NCBI GenBank assembly: GCA_003524085.1
Contig: DOEC01000006.1
Span: 1,146 to 65,145, forward strand
Direction: 5' to 3'
Length of the DNA: 64,000 nucleotides
Source: Bacillota bacterium
Lineage (GTDB): Bacteria; Bacillota_I; Bacilli_A; RF39; UBA660
The first letter of the stretch is position 1. Each line of letters begins with the position of its first letter. The position numbers were made by a program, and so were the translations under genes. Positions 9,107-19,440 of this stretch are shown here, piece after piece. Under the pieces are notes generated by a model that ran no database searches, was not told the origin of the DNA, and saw nothing but the letters and a program-made list of their open reading frames with translations.

Positions 9107-9895
9107 TTATCCCTCCATTAATAAATAATTTAATAAAACTTCTACTTTGTTAGACTTTAACTTATCTTTTACTACACCTACTACTATATTCTTTTTTACT
9201 CCAATACCTTCTATAAATATTTTCTTAACTTTGTAACACCTCAACAATCCACCCTCATTAATACTTTGGTATGGTATATAGAAAAATGGAGTGTTTTTAA
9301 TTATACTTTCAAACTTTTTAGAATTAGTTATGATAACTGGTCTATTTGTATATGGATCTATTAAAGTGTTTCCTGTGTCCATGTAGCCTATGAGTTCTAG
9401 TTTACTTTCATTAATATAGATATCCACTTTATAATATAAACTATTAATTTCACGAATAACTTTCATTTGTTTATAATAGATATACATTATAATTGGAGTA
9501 CATATTAATATAAAGATGTAATTAATACTTATGCCTTTATGAAAAAATACCATACCAATATTCTTATAACTAAAGCTTACGTTTAAATAATATATAAACC
9601 CTCCTAAGATTATGCTTATTAAATAAAAATATACCAAGTTAGTTATAAAATACTTAAAGTCAGAATAACCAAATGTTATGAGTATTATCAAAACTGATAA
9701 AAATACCTTAAGTAAAAAGAGTGTTAAAGTAGTTAAGGGCACGAATAAAACAATGATAGTTATACTTCCTAGTAAAGAACCCAATACTATTTTTTTAATA
9801 GAAGTTCTTCTTTTAAGGACAATACTTGTAGTAAGTAAAAGTATAAAATCAAAAAAGAAGTTTAAAAATATTATTAAGTCAACATACACTTTCAT
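9107..9895 (-). CDS. spoIIGA: Sigma-E processing peptidase SpoIIGA
   Basis: It is a polytopic membrane N-terminus with a C-terminal aspartic protease DTGN motif (GYMDTGNTLIDP). It is adjacent to sigE. Confidence 0.8.
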   Translation of the reverse strand: MKVYVDLIIFLNFFFDFILLLTTSIVLKRRTSIKKIVLGSLLGSITIIVLFVPLTTLTLFLLKVFLSVLIILITFGYSDFKYFITNLVYFYLISIILGGFIYYLNVSFSYKNIGMVFFHKGISINYIFILICTPIIMYIYYKQMKVIREINSLYYKVDIYINESKLELIGYMDTGNTLIDPYTNRPVIITNSKKFESIIKNTPFFYIPYQSINEGGLLRCYKVKKIFIEGIGVKKNIVVGVVKDKLKSNKVEVLLNYLLMEG

Positions 9896-9954
9896 GTAAC
9901 CACCAATACAAGTATAATAAAAACGACAAGCATATTTTGTCGTTTTATAGTTTT

Positions 9955-10761
9955 TTATTTTCTTTTTAATCCTTTAGAATATAATTCGTTATATGACCCA
10001 TCCATTAAAGCTATTTGCATGTCTTCATAAATAGACTTTAATTCTTCTAAAGCAATATCTTTAAACATAGTCTGTCCATATATTTCTTCATTAACAGGCT
10101 CTAAAATATTTAAGTGACTCTTTAAAGTACTAGCTATTAATCTAAAGTTAAAGTAATTAAACTTACCTTTTTCATTGATAAACTTATGATAGAAATCAAT
10201 TAATGGACTAATAGATACTAATGTAGGATCATTATATTTTAGTGAGTCTCTTAAACATCTAAGTAAATCAAACTCATCTATACTGTCTCTTGAAGATGAC
10301 ATTATTTCTTTGCTTTTAATTAAGCTTTCAATATATTTTATGTCTCTTGAGTTTTCTCTAAGAGTTTTTTCTAACATTCCTCGGTTTAACAAATCCTTGT
10401 CTTTCTTATAAAATATTGGAAGTGTTCTAACATCTTTTTTAGCACGATACATAATTACTAATTTATGATTATTTCTTAAGTCAACGTCATAGTTAGACTT
10501 TAGTTCAAAGTCATTATTAAATCTAGTAGTAAAATTATCAATTTCTTCTAGTGTTGAAGGCATGGTTACTTTTAAATATTTAGTAAATTCTGCATAGCCT
10601 TCACTATAATGAAAGACTAAATTTCCAAGAAAATACTTGTTTTTAGCATCATCATTATATTTAGCAATTAACCTTTTAATTTCAGAAGTACTATACTTTT
10701 TAAAACTTCTAGTTTCAACCCCAGCCTTAATTCCAATACTATATCTATTAACTTTACCCAT
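9955..10761 (-). CDS. Hypothetical protein
   Basis: This is a long ORF with coding-like composition. No recognisable motif was found. Confidence 0.45.
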   Translation of the reverse strand: MGKVNRYSIGIKAGVETRSFKKYSTSEIKRLIAKYNDDAKNKYFLGNLVFHYSEGYAEFTKYLKVTMPSTLEEIDNFTTRFNNDFELKSNYDVDLRNNHKLVIMYRAKKDVRTLPIFYKKDKDLLNRGMLEKTLRENSRDIKYIESLIKSKEIMSSSRDSIDEFDLLRCLRDSLKYNDPTLVSISPLIDFYHKFINEKGKFNYFNFRLIASTLKSHLNILEPVNEEIYGQTMFKDIALEELKSIYEDMQIALMDGSYNELYSKGLKRK

Positions 10762-10845
10762 AAGACACCCCTTATCTAGTTAAAATTATACCATATTTTG
10801 TACAATATGTCAACTTTACACATAAAGGTACTTTATTTGAATATG

Positions 10846-10932
10846 ATTAATTTATGATAATTCTTAGCTGCTACTTTAGCATTTTCATTTATTATTTCAG
10901 TCTTTATATTACTTAAATATTTTTCTTCCATA
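10846..10932 (-). pseudogene. 5' remnant of a further DUF1016/YhcG-like gene copy
   Basis: The minus-strand translation MEEKYLSNIKTEIINENAKVAAKNYH then breaks off. The nucleotides are near-identical to the 5' ends of the downstream paralogs. Confidence 0.5.
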
Positions 10933-10943
10933 AGCTTTTCCTC

Positions 10944-11852
10944 CTAACTAATTTGCACAGTTTTATTTATTTTAAATTCTACTATAGTTACTTGATTATC
11001 TTTTACGTAATGAGCTTCAAACTTATTTACTGACTTTGTTATAATTATTCCAATAGTACTATTTTGAGTTATATTTTTTAAGTGTTCGTCAATATAGTTC
11101 ATATACGTTTTTATTTGACCATAGTCACTTTTCTTATATTCTCTTGATTTTATCTCTACTACACAATATCTACTTTCAACCACATTATAAAATAGATAGT
11201 CTATATAATTCTTTTTGTCTCCAATGTTAAGTTTATATTCTCTTCCGACGTAAAAATATCCACCGCCTAATTGTTTCATAAAACTATCTAAGTTTTCATA
11301 AATAATTTCTTGTAATATTTTTTCAGTATAAACTTCATAACTTTTATTAGGTGTTAACACTATTGGACTGGGGACACTTTGAATTAAAGAAAGTTCTTCT
11401 TTATTTAAAAGACTTTCTTTTGCTTCAGTTGAGAGTCTACCATACTCATTACTCTTTATTCTTTCAGCTAATGCTCTTTTACTTAAATTATCTCGTTTAG
11501 TAATATGAATATAATACTTAATTTCTTTGATATCTCTTAGTGATAATAAAATCTTGTAATGACTCCACGTCAATTGTCGCTCCAGTGGAGCGACTTTTTG
11601 AATTAATAAATAAAATTGTTGTATCTTATATAAATCTTTTTCCTTATATCCACTTCCAAATTCCTTAGTTAAAATACTTGCATATTTTTTTACTATTCCT
11701 TCTCCATAGTGTTTACCTGCTTCTACTAGTTCCCTTCCTATATTATAATTCATTGTAAGTTTTACATTATTTATCTGATAATTCTTAGCTACTACTTTAG
11801 CATTTCCATTTATTATTTCAGTCTTTATATTACTTAAATATTCGTCTATCAT
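10944..11852 (-). CDS. DUF1016/YhcG-family PD-(D/E)XK nuclease-like protein, tandem paralog 1
   Basis: The N-terminus has DUF1016_N hallmarks (LTWSHY, KRALAERI). The C-terminus has a PD-(D/E)XK-like D...EIK block (NYIDYLFYN...CVVEIKSREY). Confidence 0.75.
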   Translation of the reverse strand: MIDEYLSNIKTEIINGNAKVVAKNYQINNVKLTMNYNIGRELVEAGKHYGEGIVKKYASILTKEFGSGYKEKDLYKIQQFYLLIQKVAPLERQLTWSHYKILLSLRDIKEIKYYIHITKRDNLSKRALAERIKSNEYGRLSTEAKESLLNKEELSLIQSVPSPIVLTPNKSYEVYTEKILQEIIYENLDSFMKQLGGGYFYVGREYKLNIGDKKNYIDYLFYNVVESRYCVVEIKSREYKKSDYGQIKTYMNYIDEHLKNITQNSTIGIIITKSVNKFEAHYVKDNQVTIVEFKINKTVQIS

Positions 11853-11864
11853 AAATTTTCCCTC

Positions 11865-12773
11865 CTAACTAATTTGCACAGTTTTGTTTATTTTAAATTC
11901 TACTATAGTTACTTGATTATCTTTTACATAATGTGCTTCAAACTTGTTTACTGATTTTGTTATAATTATTCCAATAGTATTATTTTGAGTTATATTTTTT
12001 AAGTGTTCGTCAATGTAGTTCATATACGTTTTTATTTGACCATAATCGCTTTTTCTATATTCTCTTGCTTTTATTTCAACTACACAATATCTACTGTCAA
12101 CTACATTATAAAATAGATAATCTATATAATTCTTTTTGTCTCCAATGTTAAGTTTATATTCCCTACCAATAAAAGCGTAGCCTCCACCAAGTTGATGCAT
12201 AAAATCTTCTATATTTTCAAAGATTATTTCTTGTAATATTTTTTCAGTATAAACTTTATAACTTTTATTAGATGTCAACACTATTGGACTTGGGACACTT
12301 TGAATTAAAGAAAGTTCTTCTTTATTTAAAAGACTTTCTTTTGTTCCATCTGAAAGTCTATCATACTCATCACTTCTTATTATTTCAGCTAATTTTCTAT
12401 AACTTAAATTATCTCTTATAGAAATATTAGTATAATAATTGATTTTATTGATATCTTTTAAAGGTAAAAGTAATCTTATGTGTTCCCAAGTCAATTGGTG
12501 CGGCAATGCCGCACCTTTTTCAAAAAGAACATAAAATTGACGCATTCTCTTTAAATTAGATACAGAATATCCACTTCCAAATTCCTTAGTTAAAATACTT
12601 GCATATTTTTTTACTATTCCTTCTCCATAGTGTTTACCTGCTTCTACTAGTTTCCTTCCTATATTATAATTCATTGTAAGTTTTACATTATTTATCTGAT
12701 AATTCTTAGCTGCTACTTTAGCATTTCCATTTATTATTTCAGTCTTTATATTACTTAAATATTCGTCTATCAT
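11865..12773 (-). CDS. DUF1016/YhcG-family PD-(D/E)XK nuclease-like protein, tandem paralog 2
   Basis: It has the same architecture as paralog 1. The N- and C-terminal thirds are near-identical to paralog 1 and the central region is divergent. Confidence 0.75.
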   Translation of the reverse strand: MIDEYLSNIKTEIINGNAKVAAKNYQINNVKLTMNYNIGRKLVEAGKHYGEGIVKKYASILTKEFGSGYSVSNLKRMRQFYVLFEKGAALPHQLTWEHIRLLLPLKDINKINYYTNISIRDNLSYRKLAEIIRSDEYDRLSDGTKESLLNKEELSLIQSVPSPIVLTSNKSYKVYTEKILQEIIFENIEDFMHQLGGGYAFIGREYKLNIGDKKNYIDYLFYNVVDSRYCVVEIKAREYRKSDYGQIKTYMNYIDEHLKNITQNNTIGIIITKSVNKFEAHYVKDNQVTIVEFKINKTVQIS

Positions 12774-12785
12774 AAATTTTCCCTC

Positions 12786-13694
12786 CTAACTAATTTGCAC
12801 AGTTTTGTTTATTTTAAATCCTACTATAGTTACTTGATTATCTTTTACATAATGAGCTTCAAACTTATTTACTGATTTTGTTATAATTATTCCAATAGTA
12901 CTATTTTGAGTTATAGTTTTCAAGTGTTCGTCAATGTAGTTCATATACGTTTTTATTTGGCCATAATCGCTTTTCTTATACTCTCTTACTTTTATTTCAA
13001 CTACACAAAAACAGTTCATTTTGTAATTGTATAAAAGATAGTCTATATAATTCTTTTTATCTCCAATATTGAGTTTATATTCTCTACCAATAAAAGAGTA
13101 TTCTCCACCAAGTTGATGCATAAAATCTTCTATATTTTCAAATATTATTTCTTGTAATATCTTCTCATTATAAAATTCATAGCTTTTATTTGGTGTCAAT
13201 ACTATCGGACTGGGTATGCTTTGAATTATTGAAAGCTCTTCTTTGTTTAAAATACCCTCTTTCGTTTCAGTTGAAAGTCTGCCATACTCATTACTTCTTA
13301 TTCTTTCAGCCAATGCTCTTTTGCTTAAATTATCTCGTTTAGTAATACTAATATAATACTTGATTTCTTCTACATTTTTTAATGGTAAAAGTAATTTATA
13401 ATGAGACCAAGTCAAAAGTTGCCCCACTGGAGCAACTTTTTGACTTAAATCATAAAATTGCTTCATTCTTGTTAATTCTGTAAAAGTATATCCCTTACCA
13501 AATTCTACCGTTAATTCCTTTGCATATTTTTTTACTATTCCTTCTCCATAATGTTTACCAGCTTCTGCTAGTTCCTTACCAATATTATAGTTCATTGTAA
13601 GTTTTACATTGTTTATCTGATAATTTTTAGCTATTACTTTAGCATTACCATTTATTATTTCATTCTTTATATTTTCTAAATAATTGTCTATCAT
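12786..13694 (-). CDS. DUF1016/YhcG-family PD-(D/E)XK nuclease-like protein, tandem paralog 3
   Basis: It has the same architecture as paralog 1. It is preceded by the conserved about 90-bp leader. Confidence 0.75.
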   Translation of the reverse strand: MIDNYLENIKNEIINGNAKVIAKNYQINNVKLTMNYNIGKELAEAGKHYGEGIVKKYAKELTVEFGKGYTFTELTRMKQFYDLSQKVAPVGQLLTWSHYKLLLPLKNVEEIKYYISITKRDNLSKRALAERIRSNEYGRLSTETKEGILNKEELSIIQSIPSPIVLTPNKSYEFYNEKILQEIIFENIEDFMHQLGGEYSFIGREYKLNIGDKKNYIDYLLYNYKMNCFCVVEIKVREYKKSDYGQIKTYMNYIDEHLKTITQNSTIGIIITKSVNKFEAHYVKDNQVTIVGFKINKTVQIS

Positions 13695-13696
13695 AA

Positions 13697-13790
13697 ATTT
13701 TTCCTCCTAATATATTTATTCGACAAAAAACGCGAAAAGTCTTTTTTTTATTTTGACTTTACGCGAAATTCGACGTGTTTTTTTACATGT
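13697..13790 (-). promoter_or_regulatory. Conserved leader element (copy 1) upstream of paralog 3; it contains paired ACGCGAAA and TCGAC motifs
   Basis: It is near-identical to 26205-26300, as read directly from the sequence. Confidence 0.5.
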
Positions 13791-13925
13791 TTTGTGTAAA
13801 CTAAGTTATAAAAAAAGAAAGGATAAACAACTTATAAAAGCTATTTGCTCCTTCCCCATAAAAATTGATGCTTTAGCAAAAGTAAGCATCAATTATTTTT
13901 TATTTTTTTTTGATTATTTGATTTT

Positions 13926-15368
13926 TTAAACAATTGAGAATAACATCAATACTAAAATGTTTACTATTGCAATTGTTATAACTACTTTTAATGCCCATTT
14001 GAACCAAGTTGAATAGTCTACTTTAGCAAGAGCAAGTCCTCCCATTATTGCTCCACAAGTTGGAGTTATTAAGTTTACTAATCCATTTGCACTTACAATA
14101 GTCATAGCCGCTACTTCAGTTGAATAACCTAAGCTTGCAGCAAGTGGTCCAGTTATTGGAGTTGAAAGTGTTGCAAGTCCACTACTTGATGGTACTAAGA
14201 ATGATAACACTATATGTAGTAAGTAGTTTAGTGGAACGAATACTAATTCTGGTAGTTTACTTAAATGTTCAGTTGCATTATAAATAATGTAATTGTCTAA
14301 GTAAGTTTGTTTCATTAATACAGAAGCTCCTCTTGCTACTGCTATTACTAAGATAACACCTATCATATCTTTTGTTCCATCAATAAATGTATCTACAAAC
14401 TCTTTTTCTTTGTAACCATTGATTAAAGATATTACTATACTCATTAAGAAGAACCAAAGTGCAGACTCGTAGAAGTACCAGTTACCTAAACTAGAGCCTG
14501 TAAGCCATCCAGTAAATCCATCAAAGAAAGTTATGTCAAATTCTCCCCATGGAATAAATCCTATAATCATTATTAAGAATGTTAAAGCAAAAACACATAA
14601 AGTTATTTTTTGTTTTGTAGTTAAAACTTCTTTTTGCTTTGATTTTTCCTCAAATTTACCAAATTCTTTTTCAGCTTCTTCTTGCTCTCTTAAAGAAAGT
14701 ATAGTTGAACCTTTATCTTTTTTAACTTTACTTGCATAAGCTAACACAAACAATGTTGATATTAGGTAAGCTAATAACCATAAGATTATGCCTATAAATA
14801 ATACAGTTCCTTGATTATATTCTACACCAGCTGCTCTTAAAGCAGATAATACAGCTCCTGTTGCAAATGGGTTAACTGTTGAACCAAGAACACCAGTACC
14901 AGCACCTAATAAAACTACTGCTGCACCTACAAGTGGGTCCATTCCTGCGGCAAACATCGTAGCTGCTAGAAGTACGTAGAAGCCAACTGTTTCTTCAAGC
15001 ATTCCATATGTTGTACCACAAATTGAGAAGATAAACATTAATATTGGTATTAACCATAATTCTTTACCTTTTAATTTTTGTACTAAAACTTTGATACCTG
15101 TTTCTAAAGCCTTAGTTTTGTCTATTATTTTAAGGAATCCTCCTAAAATAAGTACGAATATTGCAACATCTACAGCATTTTCAAATCCCAATATTGGTGC
15201 TAGTAAGATTTGGCTTAATTTAGCCCCTACTGTACCACTTCCATTTACTATTTCTTCACCAACGAATTTAGCATCTGGTAGTAAATGTGAAAGAATTCCA
15301 AGTACTACTATAACTATCATTATAATAGTATATGCTGATAACATGCTTCTATTCTTTTTCTTTGTCAT
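13926..15368 (-). CDS. Polytopic membrane transporter, YfcC/DcuC-like anaerobic carrier family; putative arginine/ornithine exchanger of the ADI operon
   Basis: About 12 TM segments are present. It is co-oriented with and immediately upstream of arcC-arcB-arcA. The family assignment is from overall character, not from a diagnostic motif. Confidence 0.55.
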   Translation of the reverse strand: MTKKKNRSMLSAYTIIMIVIVVLGILSHLLPDAKFVGEEIVNGSGTVGAKLSQILLAPILGFENAVDVAIFVLILGGFLKIIDKTKALETGIKVLVQKLKGKELWLIPILMFIFSICGTTYGMLEETVGFYVLLAATMFAAGMDPLVGAAVVLLGAGTGVLGSTVNPFATGAVLSALRAAGVEYNQGTVLFIGIILWLLAYLISTLFVLAYASKVKKDKGSTILSLREQEEAEKEFGKFEEKSKQKEVLTTKQKITLCVFALTFLIMIIGFIPWGEFDITFFDGFTGWLTGSSLGNWYFYESALWFFLMSIVISLINGYKEKEFVDTFIDGTKDMIGVILVIAVARGASVLMKQTYLDNYIIYNATEHLSKLPELVFVPLNYLLHIVLSFLVPSSSGLATLSTPITGPLAASLGYSTEVAAMTIVSANGLVNLITPTCGAIMGGLALAKVDYSTWFKWALKVVITIAIVNILVLMLFSIV

Positions 15369-15369
15369 A

Positions 15370-16305
15370 TTATTTTCCTCCTTTTATGACTGTACCATTT
15401 TTATATTCTAATGCGTCACTAGCGCATTCTAGCGATGTAATTATTGCAGTTTTATTTCTGTTTTCTACAAAATTTATACATGCTTCTATTTTAGGCAGCA
15501 TACTTCCAGGAGCAAACTGGTTATCACTTATATACTTTCTTGCTTCTTCTACTGTGATAGTATCTAACCCAGTCATATTTTCTTTATTGTAGTTTAAGTA
15601 TACTTTATCAACAGCAGTTAATATAAGTAACACATCAGCATCTACTTCTTTAGCAAGTAAACTAGCTGACTTATCTTTATCAATTACTGCATCTACTCCT
15701 TTTAGAAGATTATTTTCCATTATAACTGGAACTCCTCCACCTCCAGCACATATAACAATTACATCATCTTCAACAAGTTTTTTTATAACTTTGTCATTTA
15801 GTATTTTTTTAGGTATAGGAGATGGTACTACTCTTCTATATCCACGGCCTGCGTCTTCTTTAAAAATGTAACCTTTTTCACTTTCTATTACACTGGCTTC
15901 TTCTTTAGTGTAAAACATTCCAATAGGTTTAGTAGGATTTTTAAAACATCCATCATTTTTATCAACTAAGACCTCTGTTATTAAGGCTACTATAGATTTG
16001 TCAATGTCTCTTTTGTTTAGTTCATTCATTATTGACTGTTCTATATGGTAACCAATATAACCTTCACTCATACTACCACACTCTGCAAATGGCATTGATG
16101 GAGTAGCAGCACTTCCATTACTAGCATACTCCATTGCAAGAGAGATTTGCCCAACTTGCGGTCCATTTCCATGTGTAAGTATTACTTTGTTACCTTTTTC
16201 TATAAGGTCCACTATTACTTTAGAAACACCCTCTAGAATAGATAATTGTTCACTAGGAGTCTTCCCTAGAGCATTTCCTCCTAGAGCTATAACTATTTTA
16301 CTCAT
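15370..16305 (-). CDS. arcC: Carbamate kinase
   Basis: The N-terminus is [13 protein letters not shown] and the protein is about 310 aa, typical of carbamate kinase. It lies in the ADI operon. Confidence 0.9.
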   Translation of the reverse strand: MSKIVIALGGNALGKTPSEQLSILEGVSKVIVDLIEKGNKVILTHGNGPQVGQISLAMEYASNGSAATPSMPFAECGSMSEGYIGYHIEQSIMNELNKRDIDKSIVALITEVLVDKNDGCFKNPTKPIGMFYTKEEASVIESEKGYIFKEDAGRGYRRVVPSPIPKKILNDKVIKKLVEDDVIVICAGGGGVPVIMENNLLKGVDAVIDKDKSASLLAKEVDADVLLILTAVDKVYLNYNKENMTGLDTITVEEARKYISDNQFAPGSMLPKIEACINFVENRNKTAIITSLECASDALEYKNGTVIKGGK

Positions 16306-17297
16306 TACTCTTCCCTCATTGTTAGATATATTACAGCTTTAATTGTATGTAATCTATTTTCAGCTTCATCAAATACTTTTGATTTTGGACTATTAAATAC
16401 TTCGTCAGTTACTTCCATTTCTTTTAGACCAAATTTTTCATATATCTCTTTTCCAATTGTTGTATTTAAATCATGAAATGATGGTAAGCAGTGTAAAAAT
16501 ATTGCGTTTTCGCTTGCATTTGACATAACACTCATGTTTACTTGATATGGACTAAGTAATTTAATACGACTAGCCCATACTTCATCTGCTTCTCCCATTG
16601 AAACCCATACGTCAGTATATATTACGTCAGCACTCTTAGTAGCAACATTTACGTCTTCTTCTAAAGTTATAGTACACCCATTAGTACTAGCAATTTCCTT
16701 ACAAGTATTAACTAACTCTTCTTGTGGCCATAATTCACGTGGAGCACATGCTACAAAGTTTATTCCCATTTTAGCACATACTACCATAAGTGAATTTGCA
16801 ACGTTGTTTCTAGCATCTCCCATAAATACTAACTTTAAGCCCTTTAAATATCCAAAGTTTTCTTCAATAGTCATAATATCTGCAAGCATTTGTGTTGGAT
16901 GAAATTCTGTTGTAAGTCCGTTCCATACAGGTACTCCAGCATTTTTGGCTAACTCTTCTACTATTGTTTGACTGTATCCACGATATTCTATTCCATCATA
17001 CATTCTACCTAATACTTTAGCAGTATCAGCAATACTTTCTTTTTTACCCATTTGACTAGCATTAGGATCTAAATACGTCACTCCCATACCAAGGTCAAGT
17101 GCAGCAACTTCAAAAGCACATCTTGTTCTAGTTGAAGTTTTTTCAAATAAAAGTACAATGTTTTTATTTGGTAAATATTTATGTTCAATATGTAATTTCT
17201 TTTTTTCTTTAAAATCTTTAGATATGTCTAGTAAAAACCTTATTTCTTCAGGTGTATAATCTAATAATTTTAAGAAATGTCTTCCTGTTAAATCCAT
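16305..17297 (-). CDS. arcB: Ornithine carbamoyltransferase (catabolic)
   Basis: The STRTR and HCLP motifs are present. It lies between arcA and arcC. Confidence 0.9.
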   Translation of the reverse strand: MDLTGRHFLKLLDYTPEEIRFLLDISKDFKEKKKLHIEHKYLPNKNIVLLFEKTSTRTRCAFEVAALDLGMGVTYLDPNASQMGKKESIADTAKVLGRMYDGIEYRGYSQTIVEELAKNAGVPVWNGLTTEFHPTQMLADIMTIEENFGYLKGLKLVFMGDARNNVANSLMVVCAKMGINFVACAPRELWPQEELVNTCKEIASTNGCTITLEEDVNVATKSADVIYTDVWVSMGEADEVWASRIKLLSPYQVNMSVMSNASENAIFLHCLPSFHDLNTTIGKEIYEKFGLKEMEVTDEVFNSPKSKVFDEAENRLHTIKAVIYLTMREE

Positions 17298-18541
17298 TAT
17301 ATATCCTCCCTAACTAGTGGCATACTCATACATCTTGGGCCACCTCTTCCACGTGATAATTCAGCACTTGGCATTTCAAGAACTTTTATTCCGTGTTCTC
17401 TTAGTATATTGTTAGTCATGTTGTTTCTATCGTATACTACTACTACACCAGGCGCTATACAAAGAGTGTTTGTTCCGTCATTCCATTGTTCTCTTTCACT
17501 AGATATTTTTTCTCCTCCAGCACATGGAATAAGTGTAATTTTCTTTCCAAGATATTTTTCTAATATTTCTTCTAAACTACCTTCTACTTTTTTAACATTT
17601 AAGTCTTCAAATGTAGTTGGATCATCTCCTTCAGTAATTTCGTAAACTTCTAGAGTGTTCATTATTCCTGGATGGTATGTAAACTTATCATAATCTATTT
17701 GTGTAAATACAGTGTCTAAATGCATAAATGCACGACTTTCTGGTATTTTGAAAGATAGTACTGTTTCTACTTCACAAGTAGGTTCTTTAAATAAGTTTTT
17801 AGCAAGTTCATCAATTGCGGCAGGCTCTGTTCTTTGTGAGATACCTACAGCAATAACTTTATTACTTATGTTTAATACGTCTCCACCTTCAATGTGGTAA
17901 GGTAGGTTTCTACTATAGTACCTTTTTACTTTACCCTTGAAGTCAGGATGATACTTGAATATAAAGTCAGCATATATAGTTTCTCTATTTCTAGTAACTG
18001 AATACATTCTATTTAGTATTGCCCCGTTACCACAGCTTGCGAATGGGTCTCTTGTAAAGTAGAGGTTTGGTATTGGGTCAGCTAAGAAGTCACTCTCATC
18101 ACTTACAAAGTCAACTAAGCTTTTTTCTACTTCTCTTTTTCTTAATGGTATTTCTTCTATTTTTATACCACTCATTGTTTTTAATACTAATTCTTTTTTA
18201 TCAGTAAAGCTATGTAAGTAGTCATATACTAGAGTTCTATATTTAGGAGTAGTTATTCCAGCTTCATAGATAAATTCTTTTAGAAATTCGTCTAGTATTT
18301 CTTCACTAATACTTAATACTTCACTAACTAGGTCTTCTAGATATACTACTTCTATACCATTTTCTTTTAGAATTCTTGCGAATTCGTCGTGTTCAGCTTG
18401 CGCGACTGGTAAGAAAGGTATATCATCAAATAAAAGTCTTCCTAATGTATCTGGAGTTAGATTAAGCAGTTCATTTCCAGGTCTATGAAGAAGTACTTTC
18501 TTAAGTGGACCTATTTCACTTTTAACATTAATTCCTTGCAT
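17297..18541 (-). CDS. arcA: Arginine deiminase
   Basis: It is a typical ADI of about 410 aa with the C-terminal catalytic Cys context ([11 protein letters not shown]). Confidence 0.9.
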   Translation of the reverse strand: MQGINVKSEIGPLKKVLLHRPGNELLNLTPDTLGRLLFDDIPFLPVAQAEHDEFARILKENGIEVVYLEDLVSEVLSISEEILDEFLKEFIYEAGITTPKYRTLVYDYLHSFTDKKELVLKTMSGIKIEEIPLRKREVEKSLVDFVSDESDFLADPIPNLYFTRDPFASCGNGAILNRMYSVTRNRETIYADFIFKYHPDFKGKVKRYYSRNLPYHIEGGDVLNISNKVIAVGISQRTEPAAIDELAKNLFKEPTCEVETVLSFKIPESRAFMHLDTVFTQIDYDKFTYHPGIMNTLEVYEITEGDDPTTFEDLNVKKVEGSLEEILEKYLGKKITLIPCAGGEKISSEREQWNDGTNTLCIAPGVVVVYDRNNMTNNILREHGIKVLEMPSAELSRGRGGPRCMSMPLVREDI

Positions 18542-18908
18542 AAATCATTTCCTTTCTTTTGTAGTGTTCCTACTATAATAAGTATACCAGTAAAACTTAA
18601 GTTTTTCAACTAAAAAAACATATAAACTATTATTAATTTATATATTTTAATTTTAAATTATTTATTATATTAATGCACTCTGTAAGTTGACAAGAAGTTT
18701 TCTTTTTTCTTACAAAACGCAAGAAAGAAAGACGTCTATCTGTTAGTATTAAGATAAATGTTAACAAATAACCAAAGATTGGCGTCTAATCACTAAACGT
18801 TCCTTACGTTTATATTGTATACTATTTTTTGTTTTATGCAAGTATTTTTACTATTATGTTAATTATTTCATCTTTCATTGCATTGTAATTTAAATCATGA
18901 TGTTTATG

Positions 18909-19430
18909 TTATACTACTACATAACAATAATTATCTACTAGTCCAATAATTATATGCACTTGTTCATTAATATGATATTCATTAAATCCATTATTTAAAA
19001 GTATTGTACTTATTTTTTCAGTTATCAATTGTTCTCTACTTTTAAATATATCACTTATTTCTGGGTCTAAGTGACTCATTGCCATTAATTCTTCGTGAGC
19101 TTCTTTTTTTATATTGTGTACACTAATAAACTTTTCTATTATTTTACTTAGTAGTAAATTAATACTAGTTTTATCAATTATTACATTGTCTATTATATCT
19201 ATCATTGGAAACATTATTTTATCAGTATAATCTTTTACTCCATGAATAAATATTTCTCTTTTATCTTTAAAATACTGATATATTATTCCAGTAGAAAAAC
19301 GTGCATATTTCGCAATATCAACACATGTTACATTATGGTAAGCTTTTTAACACATTAATAAAAAACCTTTTTCAATAATTGTTTTTTTCTTTTTTATTTA
19401 AGTCTTTTTTATAGGTTCATGTACATTCAT
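18909..19430 (-). pseudogene. TetR/AcrR-family regulator interrupted by two in-frame TAA stops
   Basis: The frame starts from an RBS-preceded ATG at 19430 and reads MNVHEPIKKT*IKKKKTIIEKGFLLMC*KAYHNVTCVDIAKYARFSTGIIYQYFKDK. The TetR HTH is intact and runs on into the 101-aa C-terminal ORF. The stops are at 19398-19400 and 19347-19349. Confidence 0.65.
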
Positions 19431-19440
19431 ATGAACCTCC

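Noticed and set aside
18541-18908. Looked for ARG boxes and Crp/Fnr-type sites upstream of arcA. Noted TAAACGT-N5-ACGTTTA and a TTGACA hexamer.
   Set aside because: There is no convincing match to a known ArgR or ArcR consensus by eye. This was left unannotated.
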